Shown here: piece by piece, positions 40,211-49,850 of the stretch
Position numbering within the stretch: the first letter of the stretch is position 1
Layout of the letters: every line of letters starts with the position of its first letter
IMG/VR virus record: IMGVR_UViG_3300048091_000427
From: a virus
DNA: 64,000 nucleotides
Strand: one strand, 5' to 3'
The notes under the pieces: model-generated
Databases searched by the model: none
What the model was told of the DNA's origin: nothing
Seen by the model: the letters and a program-made list of their open reading frames with translations, nothing else
Position numbers and translations under genes: made by a program

Positions 40211-40240
40211 AAAGCGCCAGAAGGCGCTTTTTTGATTTTT
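40211..40240. terminator. bidirectional terminator downstream of nadE operon
   Basis: AAAGCGCCAGAAGGCGCTTTTTTGATTTTT. Confidence 0.65.
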
Positions 40241-40292
40241 GATCACTCTTGGAGGAGTTTTCTACCCCCCAAAAAAGTGCACAAAGGTGGTT

Positions 40293-41141
40293 TTACGGAG
40301 CGTAAGGCAGGGCGCGTTTGTGAGCGGTTCTGGCGTATGCGTCGATGATCACCTTGGCGACTTCATCAGAGACAGGCCTGCCGAGCAGGAAGTTGTCGAT
40401 GTCATCGTAGGTGCAGCCGTAAGCCAATTCATCTGGCTTTCCTGGGGCGAGATCTTCAAGGTCGGCGGTCGGGGTCTTCAGCACCAGGTCAGTTGGTGCA
40501 CCCAGCGCCAGCGCGATCTGACGAACCTGACCTTTGACCAAACCTGACAGTGGAGTCAGGTCTGCCGCGCCGTCGCCGAACTTGGTAAAGAAACCAAATA
40601 CAGCCTCGCATGCATGATCCGTGCCAACAACCAGACATCCTTTGTCGCCAGCAATTGCGTATTGGGCGATCATGCGGGCACGTGCTTTGACGTTACCTTT
40701 CACGAAGTCGATCTGGTGCTCGTCCCCGGCTTGTTGGCCGCTCAGGGCACCCATCATGGCATCGACGGACTGGCCGATATCGACGGTCAGGATTTCGTCC
40801 GGTTTGATGAAGCGCAGGGCCGCTTGAGCATCTTCTTCGTCGCGTTGAACGTAGTAGGGCAGGCGTACGGCGTAGAACTTGGCGTCGTAGCCTTCGGCAC
40901 GCAGCTGTTCAACCGCTTCCTGGCACATCTTGCCTGCCGTGGTGGAGTCAACGCCGCCGCTGATACCCAGTACCAGGCCTTTGGTGTTACTGGCCCGTAC
41001 GTAGTCTTTCAGGAAGGCCACGCGGGTTTCGAGTTCTGCTACCGCGTCGCTGGCTCGATGAACCCACTGTTTGACGTTGAGTTCGCCGGCAATGCGAGCG
41101 GCGATGTCGGTTGTGATGTCGGTTTTCAGGATGTCGTTCAT
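40293..41141 (-). CDS. nadE: NH3-dependent NAD+ synthetase
   Basis: SGGVDS PP-loop, full-length similarity pattern to NadE. Confidence 0.85.
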   Translation of the reverse strand: MNDILKTDITTDIAARIAGELNVKQWVHRASDAVAELETRVAFLKDYVRASNTKGLVLGISGGVDSTTAGKMCQEAVEQLRAEGYDAKFYAVRLPYYVQRDEEDAQAALRFIKPDEILTVDIGQSVDAMMGALSGQQAGDEHQIDFVKGNVKARARMIAQYAIAGDKGCLVVGTDHACEAVFGFFTKFGDGAADLTPLSGLVKGQVRQIALALGAPTDLVLKTPTADLEDLAPGKPDELAYGCTYDDIDNFLLGRPVSDEVAKVIIDAYARTAHKRALPYAP

Positions 41142-42418
41142 TACTGGGCCACCTTGTCGTTGAATTCTTTGATGCCGAACACACTCGCGGCGTATTGCAG
41201 GAAGCTCGGGTCTTCACAGACGTTCTTCACCGGGTCGTCGGAGAACTTCACAACCGCCGCACCGTTAACACGCACCAGTTTCATCACGATGCTCAAAGGC
41301 TCAACGCCTTCGACGTCGCAGGCCAGGCTGGTACCGATGCCGAAGCCTACTCGAGCTCGGCCACCGACGTGACGGTGGATGGCCAGCGCTTTCTCGAAGT
41401 TCAGGCTGTCGGAGAACATCAGTTCCTTGCCCTTCGGATCGATGCGCAGATCTTCGTAACGCTTGATGCATTTGTCAGCCCAGGCGAATGGGCAGCCGGA
41501 ATCATGGCGAAGGCCGTCATACAACTTCGCGAAATACAGATCGAAGTCCTTGTTCAGGAAGTAGTCGCTCGAGATGACATCGGTCAGGGCAATACCCAGG
41601 CGACCACGATATTCATGAACCCAGTTTTCCAGCGCGGCCTTTTCGCTATTGACCAGGCGGACATCGGTCTGCTGGTGAAGCATCAACCATTCGTGAGCCA
41701 TCGTGCCGATCAACGGCAGGTCGAACTCGTAGGCCAGCATCGGGTTACTGGTGCCGACAAATTGGCCGGGGAAGTCACGGCGCATGATATCGACCACTTC
41801 ACGCTGTACCTCTTGCGACAGACGACGGCGCGTCGAAAAGTCCGAGACGCGGAAGTCGGCAAGCTCTTCTTTCGTGGCGTTCTTTTCCAGCCATTCGAAT
41901 TTCTGGTAGAGGCGGTCACGCACTTGGGACAGTTGCACATCCGGGTACTTGGTGCGGTTGCGCAGCTCGCTTACGATGGCCAAAACGGCGATTTCGAAGA
42001 GCATGGTGTGCACCATCGGCCCACGAACGCGGATCGAAATCTGACCGTCTACCTCGGACACATGCACGTAACGCAGGTTAAAGCGAAACAGCGCCAGGAA
42101 GCGGCGGAAGTCGTCGGTCAGGTACTCGCGGAAGCGCTGATCAAAGACAAACCGCAGTTCGTCATCACGCACTTGCAGATTCGCCAGGTGTTCGAGTTGC
42201 TCACGAACTTCAGGGATCAAGTGCGATAAGTTTTCCTTCGACCTGCAAATAAAGGCGTATTCGACGTCAACGTTAGCATGCTGGTGGTGCACTGCCTGCA
42301 GCATCGTTAGCTTATAAAAGTCGGTATCCAGCACGCTGGAAAGGAGCGGCTGATTCCATTTGTAGATGCTTTCCGTCTTCCCGATGACCGGGGTATTCCA
42401 TGCGCGATTGCTTTCCAT
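41141..42418 (-). CDS. pncB: nicotinate phosphoribosyltransferase
   Basis: DFYKLTM N-terminal signature, about 400 aa PncB architecture. Confidence 0.85.
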   Translation of the reverse strand: MESNRAWNTPVIGKTESIYKWNQPLLSSVLDTDFYKLTMLQAVHHQHANVDVEYAFICRSKENLSHLIPEVREQLEHLANLQVRDDELRFVFDQRFREYLTDDFRRFLALFRFNLRYVHVSEVDGQISIRVRGPMVHTMLFEIAVLAIVSELRNRTKYPDVQLSQVRDRLYQKFEWLEKNATKEELADFRVSDFSTRRRLSQEVQREVVDIMRRDFPGQFVGTSNPMLAYEFDLPLIGTMAHEWLMLHQQTDVRLVNSEKAALENWVHEYRGRLGIALTDVISSDYFLNKDFDLYFAKLYDGLRHDSGCPFAWADKCIKRYEDLRIDPKGKELMFSDSLNFEKALAIHRHVGGRARVGFGIGTSLACDVEGVEPLSIVMKLVRVNGAAVVKFSDDPVKNVCEDPSFLQYAASVFGIKEFNDKVAQ

Positions 42419-42419
42419 C

Positions 42420-43073
42420 TCAATTCCCCTCTTTAGCGAATTTTGTCAATTCATCTTGATTGTGAGCGATCACCGCACCGGCAGCGACCATTTCGAGCAA
42501 TGCTTCTAGTGCGCCTTCGGCACTGATTGCTCGGCAGGCCGGCAAGTGGAGCACGACGATGAAGTCTGCGGCCAGCAGTTGCAGGACGGTGGTTTTGACG
42601 CAGTAGTCCAGAGCCAGACCGCCCACCAGGACTTTTTCGATGCCATTGCAGCGCAGGACTTCGATGGCGCCGGTGGTCAGCTTGTTGTGCAGATCGTGGT
42701 AGCAGGCGCCGTAGGGGTGCAGGTCGGTCGATACACCCTTGTAGACCATGTAGCCGTAGTCGGTCTCGGCGGGCAGCGTGTCGAGGAGCTCGTAGCCCAA
42801 GGTACCGGGTACGCAGTGCACAGGCCAGAACAGGTCAGCATTTGGCAGGCCGGTAGGCTGGGCGATCTTTTCGCCGGTCTCGTCGATCCATGGGGCTTGC
42901 GGAGAGTGAGCGTCTTTGCTGCCGACGCGAAAACCAGCCAGGGAAGCCATGAAGTTCAGCTCAGGGGTAATCTGGTCACCGCCAACGACAGGCAGTTCAT
43001 TTGGGCAGATCGGGGTGAACCCCTTTTGGGCGTCTACGTCAAAGCTTGCGATTTTGTTCTTGGGGAAGCTCAT
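42420..43073 (-). CDS. pncA: nicotinamidase / isochorismatase-family hydrolase
   Basis: Isochorismatase fold with D...K...C triad region; position in pncA-pncB-nadE operon. Confidence 0.7.
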   Translation of the reverse strand: MSFPKNKIASFDVDAQKGFTPICPNELPVVGGDQITPELNFMASLAGFRVGSKDAHSPQAPWIDETGEKIAQPTGLPNADLFWPVHCVPGTLGYELLDTLPAETDYGYMVYKGVSTDLHPYGACYHDLHNKLTTGAIEVLRCNGIEKVLVGGLALDYCVKTTVLQLLAADFIVVLHLPACRAISAEGALEALLEMVAAGAVIAHNQDELTKFAKEGN

Positions 43074-43309
43074 GTGAGGTGCTCCTTGTTTGCCGATGAT
43101 TAGATATTACGCCACACGTCATAAGTCGTCAACAACCCGAAATGAAAATTTCTAAAAATCTTCCATCAATCGAAAAACAGTCGCTCATTTGCCTATAAAT
43201 AGTGGTACTGGCTGAAATTATTGCTGAGCCATAATTTCATATAATTGACCTGTTGCGATTGACTAGATACGACGTGACACGTATTATGTTGAAAAAGAAG
43301 GAGCAAAAC

Positions 43310-43882
43310 ATGAGCAAGATCCCATTGGCCGTATACGGCGGCGCATTCAACCCACCTCACCCAGGGCACGCCCAAGTGATGAAGGGTCTGCTTGAGAAGG
43401 CTGAAAAAGTGCTGGTGGTACCCTCTTATGCTCACCCGTTTGGCAAGCACATGGTGGCTTTCGAAACGCGGGTAGGGTGGCTGACCAAGATCGTGACCCA
43501 GCTGCAAGATGAGCGCATTCAGGTAGATGCCTGTGAGGAAGATCTAGCCGCCATCAAGACCCCGATCTTCAGCATCGATCTGTTGCGGTTCATCGCCGAC
43601 CGGTTCGGCCTCGATAGCAAGTCGGTGGCGTTGGTGATGGGCGCGGACAACGCAAAGGTTTTCCCAACCTTCTTTGGCTACCAGGCCATCGTGGATGAGT
43701 TCTCGGTGATCACCATGCCTGAGGTGTACCAGATCCACAGCACGATGCTGCGCAGTGCCCTGGCTGATACGGGTGAAATTCCGCAGGACTGGGTTGCCCC
43801 CGGCCTGACGCAACATGATTACCAGGTGTACAGCCAAGACCCGGCTGGCCAAGCCAACTTGAATTCACGCAAAATCGCCTGA
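43310..43882 (+). CDS. nicotinamide/nicotinate-nucleotide adenylyltransferase-like cytidylyltransferase
   Basis: GGAFNPPHPGH (H/T)xGH nucleotidyltransferase motif. Confidence 0.65.
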   Translation: MSKIPLAVYGGAFNPPHPGHAQVMKGLLEKAEKVLVVPSYAHPFGKHMVAFETRVGWLTKIVTQLQDERIQVDACEEDLAAIKTPIFSIDLLRFIADRFGLDSKSVALVMGADNAKVFPTFFGYQAIVDEFSVITMPEVYQIHSTMLRSALADTGEIPQDWVAPGLTQHDYQVYSQDPAGQANLNSRKIA

Positions 43883-43914
43883 ATCACCAATTTATCTTTC
43901 AAGGGGACTCCAGG

Positions 43915-44625
43915 ATGACCACTCAACAAAGACCTTACCTCCACTCCGTCGACATCGGTGTGCTGCGCTTCAACCAGGCGAGTGAGGTGATCGAGGTCAT
44001 GCTGCAGAAGCGCCTCGACCCTGATCAACCTTACTTTGGTCAGTGGGCGCTGCCCGGCATCGTGATCAATGGTGACATGATCGACCAGGACATCAACGCC
44101 GCACTGGCCCGCCTACTGGCGTCGCCCAAGGTCGGCATCCCGGTAAAGTACACCGAACAAGTGGGAACCGAAGGCAACGGCGTGCGTGATCCGCGCTGCT
44201 GGTCGAGCACCACCGTCTACCTTGGTCTCGTGGATGACGCCATTGCCCTGGAAGGGGACAAGCAGTGGGTGCCGCTGGCCGGCGTTCTGTCCTCCGAGAT
44301 CCTGCTCGCATTTGACCACAACCTCTTGGCTGGCATGATTTATGAGCGGCTTGCGTCGAAGTGCCTCTACAGCAGCCTGGGCCTGCAACTGCTGCCACAG
44401 GAATTTACCATCACCGGCGCGATCAGCGTGTTCGCCTCGATCCTCAATTATCCGGTGGCCCGGACGAGCATGGTGCAACGCATCAACAAGATGACGGAAG
44501 CCGGCCTGGTGCTGAAGACTGACCGCAAAAACCAACCGCTGATGGGCCGGGCCCAAACCATCTACGAAAACCTTCAACCAGAAAAAGTCTTCTTTTTCGA
44601 CCGTACTCTCTCTGCCTCTGAATAA
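43915..44625 (+). CDS. nrtR: NrtR-like Nudix-related transcriptional regulator
   Basis: Degenerate Nudix N-terminal domain plus C-terminal wHTH; genomic context next to NAD salvage genes. Confidence 0.6.
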   Translation: MTTQQRPYLHSVDIGVLRFNQASEVIEVMLQKRLDPDQPYFGQWALPGIVINGDMIDQDINAALARLLASPKVGIPVKYTEQVGTEGNGVRDPRCWSSTTVYLGLVDDAIALEGDKQWVPLAGVLSSEILLAFDHNLLAGMIYERLASKCLYSSLGLQLLPQEFTITGAISVFASILNYPVARTSMVQRINKMTEAGLVLKTDRKNQPLMGRAQTIYENLQPEKVFFFDRTLSASE

Positions 44626-44635
44626 GGAAATCGAC

Positions 44636-45127
44636 ATGAACGCACCCGTCAAACCGTTTGAACTCCTGCATGAAACCCCGTATTTCAACGTGATCAAGCG
44701 TGGGAAGTATTACCTCGTGAGTGAAGAGTACGAGGTTAACGCTGCGGTGATCCTCGCCAGAACCACTGATGGCAAGTACCTGATGGTCAACCACTACCGT
44801 GGCGCTATTGATCAGGATTCCCTGGAACTGCCGCGTGGTGGCCGCAAGCCGAACGAAACTCTGCTGGAAACTGCCCAGCGTGAGTTGAAGGAGGAGACTG
44901 GTTACGTGTCTGAGGCCTGGTCGTTCCTCGGGAAGATCCACACCAACACCTCGATCATCGTCAGTGCGGTCGAAATCTACCTGGCGCTCGACGCGGTACA
45001 AGTGACCACCGTCACTGACGGAGAAACCAAAGGTAACCTGCTGTACACCGAGGACGAATTTAACGTCCTGATTCGCACCGGCAAGATCACTGACGCGCAC
45101 ACCCTGTCGGCCTGGGCAATGCGATAA
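44636..45127 (+). CDS. Nudix hydrolase (ADP-ribose pyrophosphatase-like)
   Basis: Nudix box GGRKPNETLLETAQRELKEETGY. Confidence 0.7.
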   Translation: MNAPVKPFELLHETPYFNVIKRGKYYLVSEEYEVNAAVILARTTDGKYLMVNHYRGAIDQDSLELPRGGRKPNETLLETAQRELKEETGYVSEAWSFLGKIHTNTSIIVSAVEIYLALDAVQVTTVTDGETKGNLLYTEDEFNVLIRTGKITDAHTLSAWAMR

Positions 45128-45180
45128 TCGCACCTTCAGCCAAAGGCTGCCTGCTCGGGTGGCTTTTGCAGGCTGTACCG

Positions 45181-45531
45181 TTAAAGGCCTGGGGCTGATT
45201 CTGGTGATAGGCGTTTCACTGGCAGCGGTATTCCTGACGCCTCATGGATGACCGTTTCCACTGCGGCGACCGGGTCGAGTTCGGTGATCTGGAATCTTCC
45301 ACCGGCAATCTCACCAAGCACCTGGTCGTACTCATCATTCGATGCTAAGCGCACTTTCGTGTCTTCCATCACCACCGCAAAGAGCGGAATGTCATCCCAC
45401 GCCTCGAAAATGAACTGCGTTCCTGAAGCGTTTTTACCGACCACGTTGTCCGGAAGTGCTTGCTTTGACAGGATCTTGGCTGCCCATGCGTCCATGACCT
45501 GGTGTGCAGTGTTGGCAAGTAGGATAGGCAT
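45181..45531 (-). CDS. small hypothetical protein, paralogue of 46061..46423
   Basis: Shared architecture (W..K..S/KQ-LP-D-VVGK ... YD-V) with the other small protein. Confidence 0.4.
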   Translation of the reverse strand: MPILLANTAHQVMDAWAAKILSKQALPDNVVGKNASGTQFIFEAWDDIPLFAVVMEDTKVRLASNDEYDQVLGEIAGGRFQITELDPVAAVETVIHEASGIPLPVKRLSPESAPGL

Positions 45532-45608
45532 GTTCGCAAGTTCTCCAAGGGATTGATCGTGTACTGCAAGTGCGGGATGGTTCGGTTAAAACGATTCGTC
45601 ACCGGGCC

Positions 45609-46064
45609 CTACAATCCAAGGTCGTGGCTGAAGACGTCTTTTCGAAACTCCTCGAACTGCGGTGATTGTAGGAGGAGGTTCTTGATGGCAACGCTGGGCT
45701 GGGTGAAGCCAACTATCAGGAACTCAGCCTTCGCGGCCCTGCGCAGTTCGTCTGGATAAGCCACCGTTGCCCCGTTCAGCGCATCCTCAACCAGTTTGAT
45801 TGCTCGAGCGTTAAAGTCATCGGCCAGTGGCGTTGTTGGGTCTTTTGCACTTCTCGCTAAGGCTTTACCTATTCCGCCCCTGACATTGGCGAAGAGCTGA
45901 TAGCGCGTCATGTCAGCCATCCCGAGGTTAAACACTGCGGGATCGTATAAAGGGCCCTGGCCTGTGCCATGCAGGGCCCGTTCAACAAGCGCGTGCCACT
46001 TGTTCGCAGGCCCCTGGCCTGTGCCGTGAAGAATCTTTTCAATAAACTCGTACGACTTGTTCAA
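45609..46064 (-). CDS. hypothetical protein ending FSHDLGL with internal HGTGQGP repeat; FSxDLGL family
   Basis: 151-aa ORF; two copies of ..HGTGQGP..; C-terminus DVFSHDLGL. Confidence 0.5.
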   Translation of the reverse strand: MNKSYEFIEKILHGTGQGPANKWHALVERALHGTGQGPLYDPAVFNLGMADMTRYQLFANVRGGIGKALARSAKDPTTPLADDFNARAIKLVEDALNGATVAYPDELRRAAKAEFLIVGFTQPSVAIKNLLLQSPQFEEFRKDVFSHDLGL

Positions 46065-46423
46065 AACGTCAGTCCGCCGCTGTCATATTCGCGGCGAATT
46101 TTTTCTGGCTGCAAGGGGTTTCCGGTCGCGCTGTGCAGAACAGCCGATACCTCGCCGAAGCGGTCGTAAGCGGTGATACTGAATTGACCTTTGGCGATGG
46201 CGTCGATGACCTCGTCATACTGTTCCTGAGATGCTTCCATAATGCCTATGCCATCTTGGATGGCCAAGGTAGGCTTGCCAGTGTGGTACTCCCAGACGTA
46301 GCGATCACCGGGTTCCATTTTTCCAACGACGTCATCTGGAGGAAGCCCTTTGGACGTGATGTATTTGTTCCAGGCGGTCAAAACGGCTTCTGGGGTAGAG
46401 GCCAGGGTAGGGGCCTTGTTCAT
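46061..46423 (-). CDS. small acidic hypothetical protein (chaperone/immunity-like)
   Basis: Paralogue of 45181..45531; stop overlaps next gene start by 4 nt. Confidence 0.4.
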   Translation of the reverse strand: MNKAPTLASTPEAVLTAWNKYITSKGLPPDDVVGKMEPGDRYVWEYHTGKPTLAIQDGIGIMEASQEQYDEVIDAIAKGQFSITAYDRFGEVSAVLHSATGNPLQPEKIRREYDSGGLTF

Positions 46424-46641
46424 GGGATGTTCCTCTTGTGGCAATACTTCATCTTAGTTCTGGATCGGGAGCTCCTGCAACTCCGCATTGTGAAACTGGT
46501 CGTGTTATATCTGAGGCTGCACGTATCATAAGTGGTTAATTTACTTGAGAATGTTATGTTGTTGAATAAAGTTTGTTGAACAATTGACAGTCGCTTGATA
46601 TCAATATAGTATCATGATAAACAACGCCAGGAGTGCCAGAT

Positions 46642-47694
46642 ATGGAATCGTGTTTGACTACAGAGCAGGAAGCCCTTCAGAGCAAAATCGTGTACTACAG
46701 GTGCGGTTGGTTTCTGTTCATGGTCATGGTGTTCGCGCCAGCCTGGTTGTTCGCGTCGAGTGTTGAAGGTGTACCATTCGAAATGGCGGTTGACATTATC
46801 AGGCAGGAACTTGGCTACCTGTTTTTTCCTGATTTTCTATCCAGCGTGCTGAGCTATCCCGTCACCGCGCTGGCGACATTAATTCCTGGTTCTAGCGCAT
46901 TTATTATCATGCCCATTTACATGTGGGTGGGTGGCTTTTCCGTTGTGGTCGCTATGTTGTATTTCGCGTTTGTTCAGCCACCATACTTCAAAGAATTGTT
47001 GTTTAAGCTAGACCCGATGTGGCAAGTCAAGGAAAATGCTAAGTGGGTAATTAAATCAAAAGCCCAACCAATACCGTTTTCCAAGATGATTGCTTTGATC
47101 CTTCTTACTGCACTCGTAGGCGAGATCATCTACGGTTACAACCGGCCAGTCATTGCTGATAATTATGAAGGCAGTGTTTACTTGGTGAATCGAAAAGGCC
47201 AAAAAATACCCCTGGCCGTTACGCTAAAACTCGACCTTCTATCGCCTGGAGTGGTGTTCGATAAAAAACCAGGCGTCGACTCCAGGTCGCTGCACATAAG
47301 GTTCGATGGCAACGATGTCGCAGTATTGAAAAAGTTGGGGATTGACGAAAAACTGATTGGCGAGAACGTCGACAAAAATGGTTATGGCAGCGTCGTCTGC
47401 GGCGCCGATGGTACTCGTGAATTCAATGTGGCTGGCTACGCACCGGGTTACCGGCTTCTGGTTAGTGAACATTACATCAACAAGCCAATCTTCCAGAAGA
47501 ACGTCAAATGCCCATTGAATATGTTTTTCGGCCTTGAATCGTTCGATGAGGGACAGTTTGCAATCTCAGACATCTCCCCTGATTACCTCATTGTGGCTGA
47601 CGTCACACGTAATTCACGTTTTAGCCCGCTACAGCGCTGGATCATGAAGTATCGTTACAGCAAAGATTCATACAGATTCTTTAAGTCAGAGTAA
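46642..47694 (+). CDS. membrane-anchored hypothetical protein (low GC)
   Basis: Four N-terminal TM helices; promoter-like ATTGACAGTCGCT...TATAGT upstream; terminator 47706-47735. Confidence 0.45.
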   Translation: MESCLTTEQEALQSKIVYYRCGWFLFMVMVFAPAWLFASSVEGVPFEMAVDIIRQELGYLFFPDFLSSVLSYPVTALATLIPGSSAFIIMPIYMWVGGFSVVVAMLYFAFVQPPYFKELLFKLDPMWQVKENAKWVIKSKAQPIPFSKMIALILLTALVGEIIYGYNRPVIADNYEGSVYLVNRKGQKIPLAVTLKLDLLSPGVVFDKKPGVDSRSLHIRFDGNDVAVLKKLGIDEKLIGENVDKNGYGSVVCGADGTREFNVAGYAPGYRLLVSEHYINKPIFQKNVKCPLNMFFGLESFDEGQFAISDISPDYLIVADVTRNSRFSPLQRWIMKYRYSKDSYRFFKSE

Positions 47695-47750
47695 ATATTT
47701 AACGAGAATGCAAAAGCCCGCACAAGATGCGGGCTTTTATATATCAAGAC

Positions 47751-48149
47751 TTAGATAGTTTCAGTCTGAGCTCCTACAATCCACGGAATAATCATCAAGG
47801 CTGTCGCCAATATCATCAACCCCAGATCCCTCCAGCCGGCGTCCGGGTCGTTTCTTGTCCTGAACATACCTACAAGTGCCAAAAAGAAGATTACCATCCC
47901 CTGGAAGCCACAAAGTAAGTTTGCGAAGGCATGCGACTGTATCTGAAAGCACCATGCAAGCAGCGGTGATACGGTCAGCGGCACAGATAATAAGAGAGCG
48001 AGCGTGCTCAACACCAGGTCAAGCGTAAGGTTTTGCCTCCAACCTGCTTTGAGTGTCTTTAGGTTAAAGAGTGTGCAAAACAAGCCTGTGATGAAGAATG
48101 TGATCGAAAATCCTAAGGAAGGCAGAATTGGATAATAGGAAAAGTACAT
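47751..48149 (-). CDS. small polytopic membrane protein
   Basis: Four hydrophobic helices. Confidence 0.4.
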   Translation of the reverse strand: MYFSYYPILPSLGFSITFFITGLFCTLFNLKTLKAGWRQNLTLDLVLSTLALLLSVPLTVSPLLAWCFQIQSHAFANLLCGFQGMVIFFLALVGMFRTRNDPDAGWRDLGLMILATALMIIPWIVGAQTETI

Positions 48150-48223
48150 AGTGGTCTCGTCCAGGGTCTTTGGCGGGAATACAGGCCTGCAGAGTTAGTC
48201 CTGCAGACCCCGGTGTTCGATTT

Positions 48224-48859
48224 TTATGATGCGGTTGAAGGCTCTGCCGCTTCAGTGGAATGCGCCCACGTTGTGAACGGATGCTTGGCCAGGTACGAGT
48301 TGTAGTAACGCTTGTCGCCGGTCACTTCTTCGCCCAGCCAGACGGGACGTTCAAACTCTTCATCTTCGCTGGACAGCTCGATCTCTGCCAGGACGAGGCC
48401 GGCATTCGCGCCACCAAACACATCAACCTCAAAGGTGTGGCCTACACGTATAAGGTGGCGGAGTTTTTCGATCAAACCAGGCAGGCAGAGAGGCATGAGC
48501 ATCTTTGCCTCCGCGCCGGCGATGTTTTTTTCCCATTCAAATCGCGACATGCCAGAGGCGCTACCAATCCCTTTGATGGTTAATACGCCATTGTCGTTGT
48601 GCAGCCTTACCCGAACGGTTCGGCCAGGATCGTCGTTCAGGTATCCCTGGGCGATAGTGTCGACCTTGCTGGCGCTGGCAAGGAGCTCCTTCAGGTACTC
48701 TGGCTTAACCAGAAATTTTCGTTCGATTTCGACTTTTGGCTTCTCGTGTCGACGGAGAAGGACAGCAAAAAGCACCCAAGCGGCAAATACAATGGTCAGC
48801 CATATGAGCAGAGTATTCAGTGCGGAGTGGTACGTGTCATACAGATGAAGAAACATGTG
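48224..48859 (-). CDS. CYTH-domain (triphosphate tunnel) protein with N-terminal TM anchor
   Basis: EIERKFLV signature of CYTH/CyaB-ThTPase family. Confidence 0.55.
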   Translation of the reverse strand, partial: HMFLHLYDTYHSALNTLLIWLTIVFAAWVLFAVLLRRHEKPKVEIERKFLVKPEYLKELLASASKVDTIAQGYLNDDPGRTVRVRLHNDNGVLTIKGIGSASGMSRFEWEKNIAGAEAKMLMPLCLPGLIEKLRHLIRVGHTFEVDVFGGANAGLVLAEIELSSEDEEFERPVWLGEEVTGDKRYYNSYLAKHPFTTWAHSTEAAEPSTAS

Positions 48860-48992
48860 CGAAGACCTCTGACGGCGAGCAAAAGGTTGAGAATCGACGA
48901 ATATACCCGCGCCCGACTCGAAGTCAATATATGGCATATGTTATCGTAGGCCTTGATATTTCTGCTTTCTAAACCTTGAAATTGGAGCATCC

Positions 48993-49850
48993 ATGCGTAT
49001 TGCTATGGGCATTCATGCCCTTATTTTGTCCTCAGTTGTTGCCTCCAGTTTGGCTAACGCACAATCGCCTTTAACCCCCGCTCACCGGCCTTGTGGTGTG
49101 GCGGCAGTGTGCAAGGTGACCGACAATGGCAACGAGGCCAAGGTCAATCTGATCAACCTTTCTGTCAAAGTCGAGCAGGTGATCAACAACGACACGATGG
49201 AAATCAAGCTGTTCCATGAGGCTGAGGGGGCAACCGCCGAGCAAGCTTTTGCCCGCAACTCAGAAGCCCTGGACAAAGTCATGAAGCGGGTCGACAAAGT
49301 GGCTGGCATCAAGGTCTTCACCGGCAACCGTAGGGCCACCCCGATCTACGTCGAAAGGGTGGTCGAGGATCCAACCGGTTCCTTTACAACCAGACATCCG
49401 TCTGACAAGCCGGATATCAAGCCAGTACCTGCTGAGGGGACTATCGCTTCCTGGCGCGAGCGAGTAGACATCACGCTACAGAGTCAGGACTTCAAGCTGC
49501 TCTCGACTGTTCTGACTGACCTGTCGGGTGACATGCAGATCGACAGAATGACTTTTAAGGTGTCCGATCAGGCCCGCAAGGCCCAGGAAGGGGCCATGCT
49601 CGACAAGGCACTGGCGGAGTTTAAAGATAAGGCGACGTTGACCAGTACCGCTTTTGGCGCCTCTAGCTATGGACTGGTGAATGTTTCTGTCGGCGAGGTG
49701 ATGCCGAGTTATGACAACCAGGTGGGTGGTATGCAGATGATGGCGTACAAGGCCTCTCGCAGTGTGTCTGTGCCTGAAGTCGCCGGTGGTGAATCCAAGT
49801 TCAACCTAAGCGTGAATGGTTCTATCCAGCTCTTTAATGAGGTGCGATGA
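48993..49850 (+). CDS. SIMPL-domain (DUF541) periplasmic protein
   Basis: Signal peptide, overall SIMPL-like pattern. Confidence 0.5.
   Translation: MRIAMGIHALILSSVVASSLANAQSPLTPAHRPCGVAAVCKVTDNGNEAKVNLINLSVKVEQVINNDTMEIKLFHEAEGATAEQAFARNSEALDKVMKRVDKVAGIKVFTGNRRATPIYVERVVEDPTGSFTTRHPSDKPDIKPVPAEGTIASWRERVDITLQSQDFKLLSTVLTDLSGDMQIDRMTFKVSDQARKAQEGAMLDKALAEFKDKATLTSTAFGASSYGLVNVSVGEVMPSYDNQVGGMQMMAYKASRSVSVPEVAGGESKFNLSVNGSIQLFNEVR

Noticed and set aside
41195-42229. 344-aa + strand ORF antisense to pncB
   Set aside because: Opposite strand of a well-supported conserved gene; low-complexity translation
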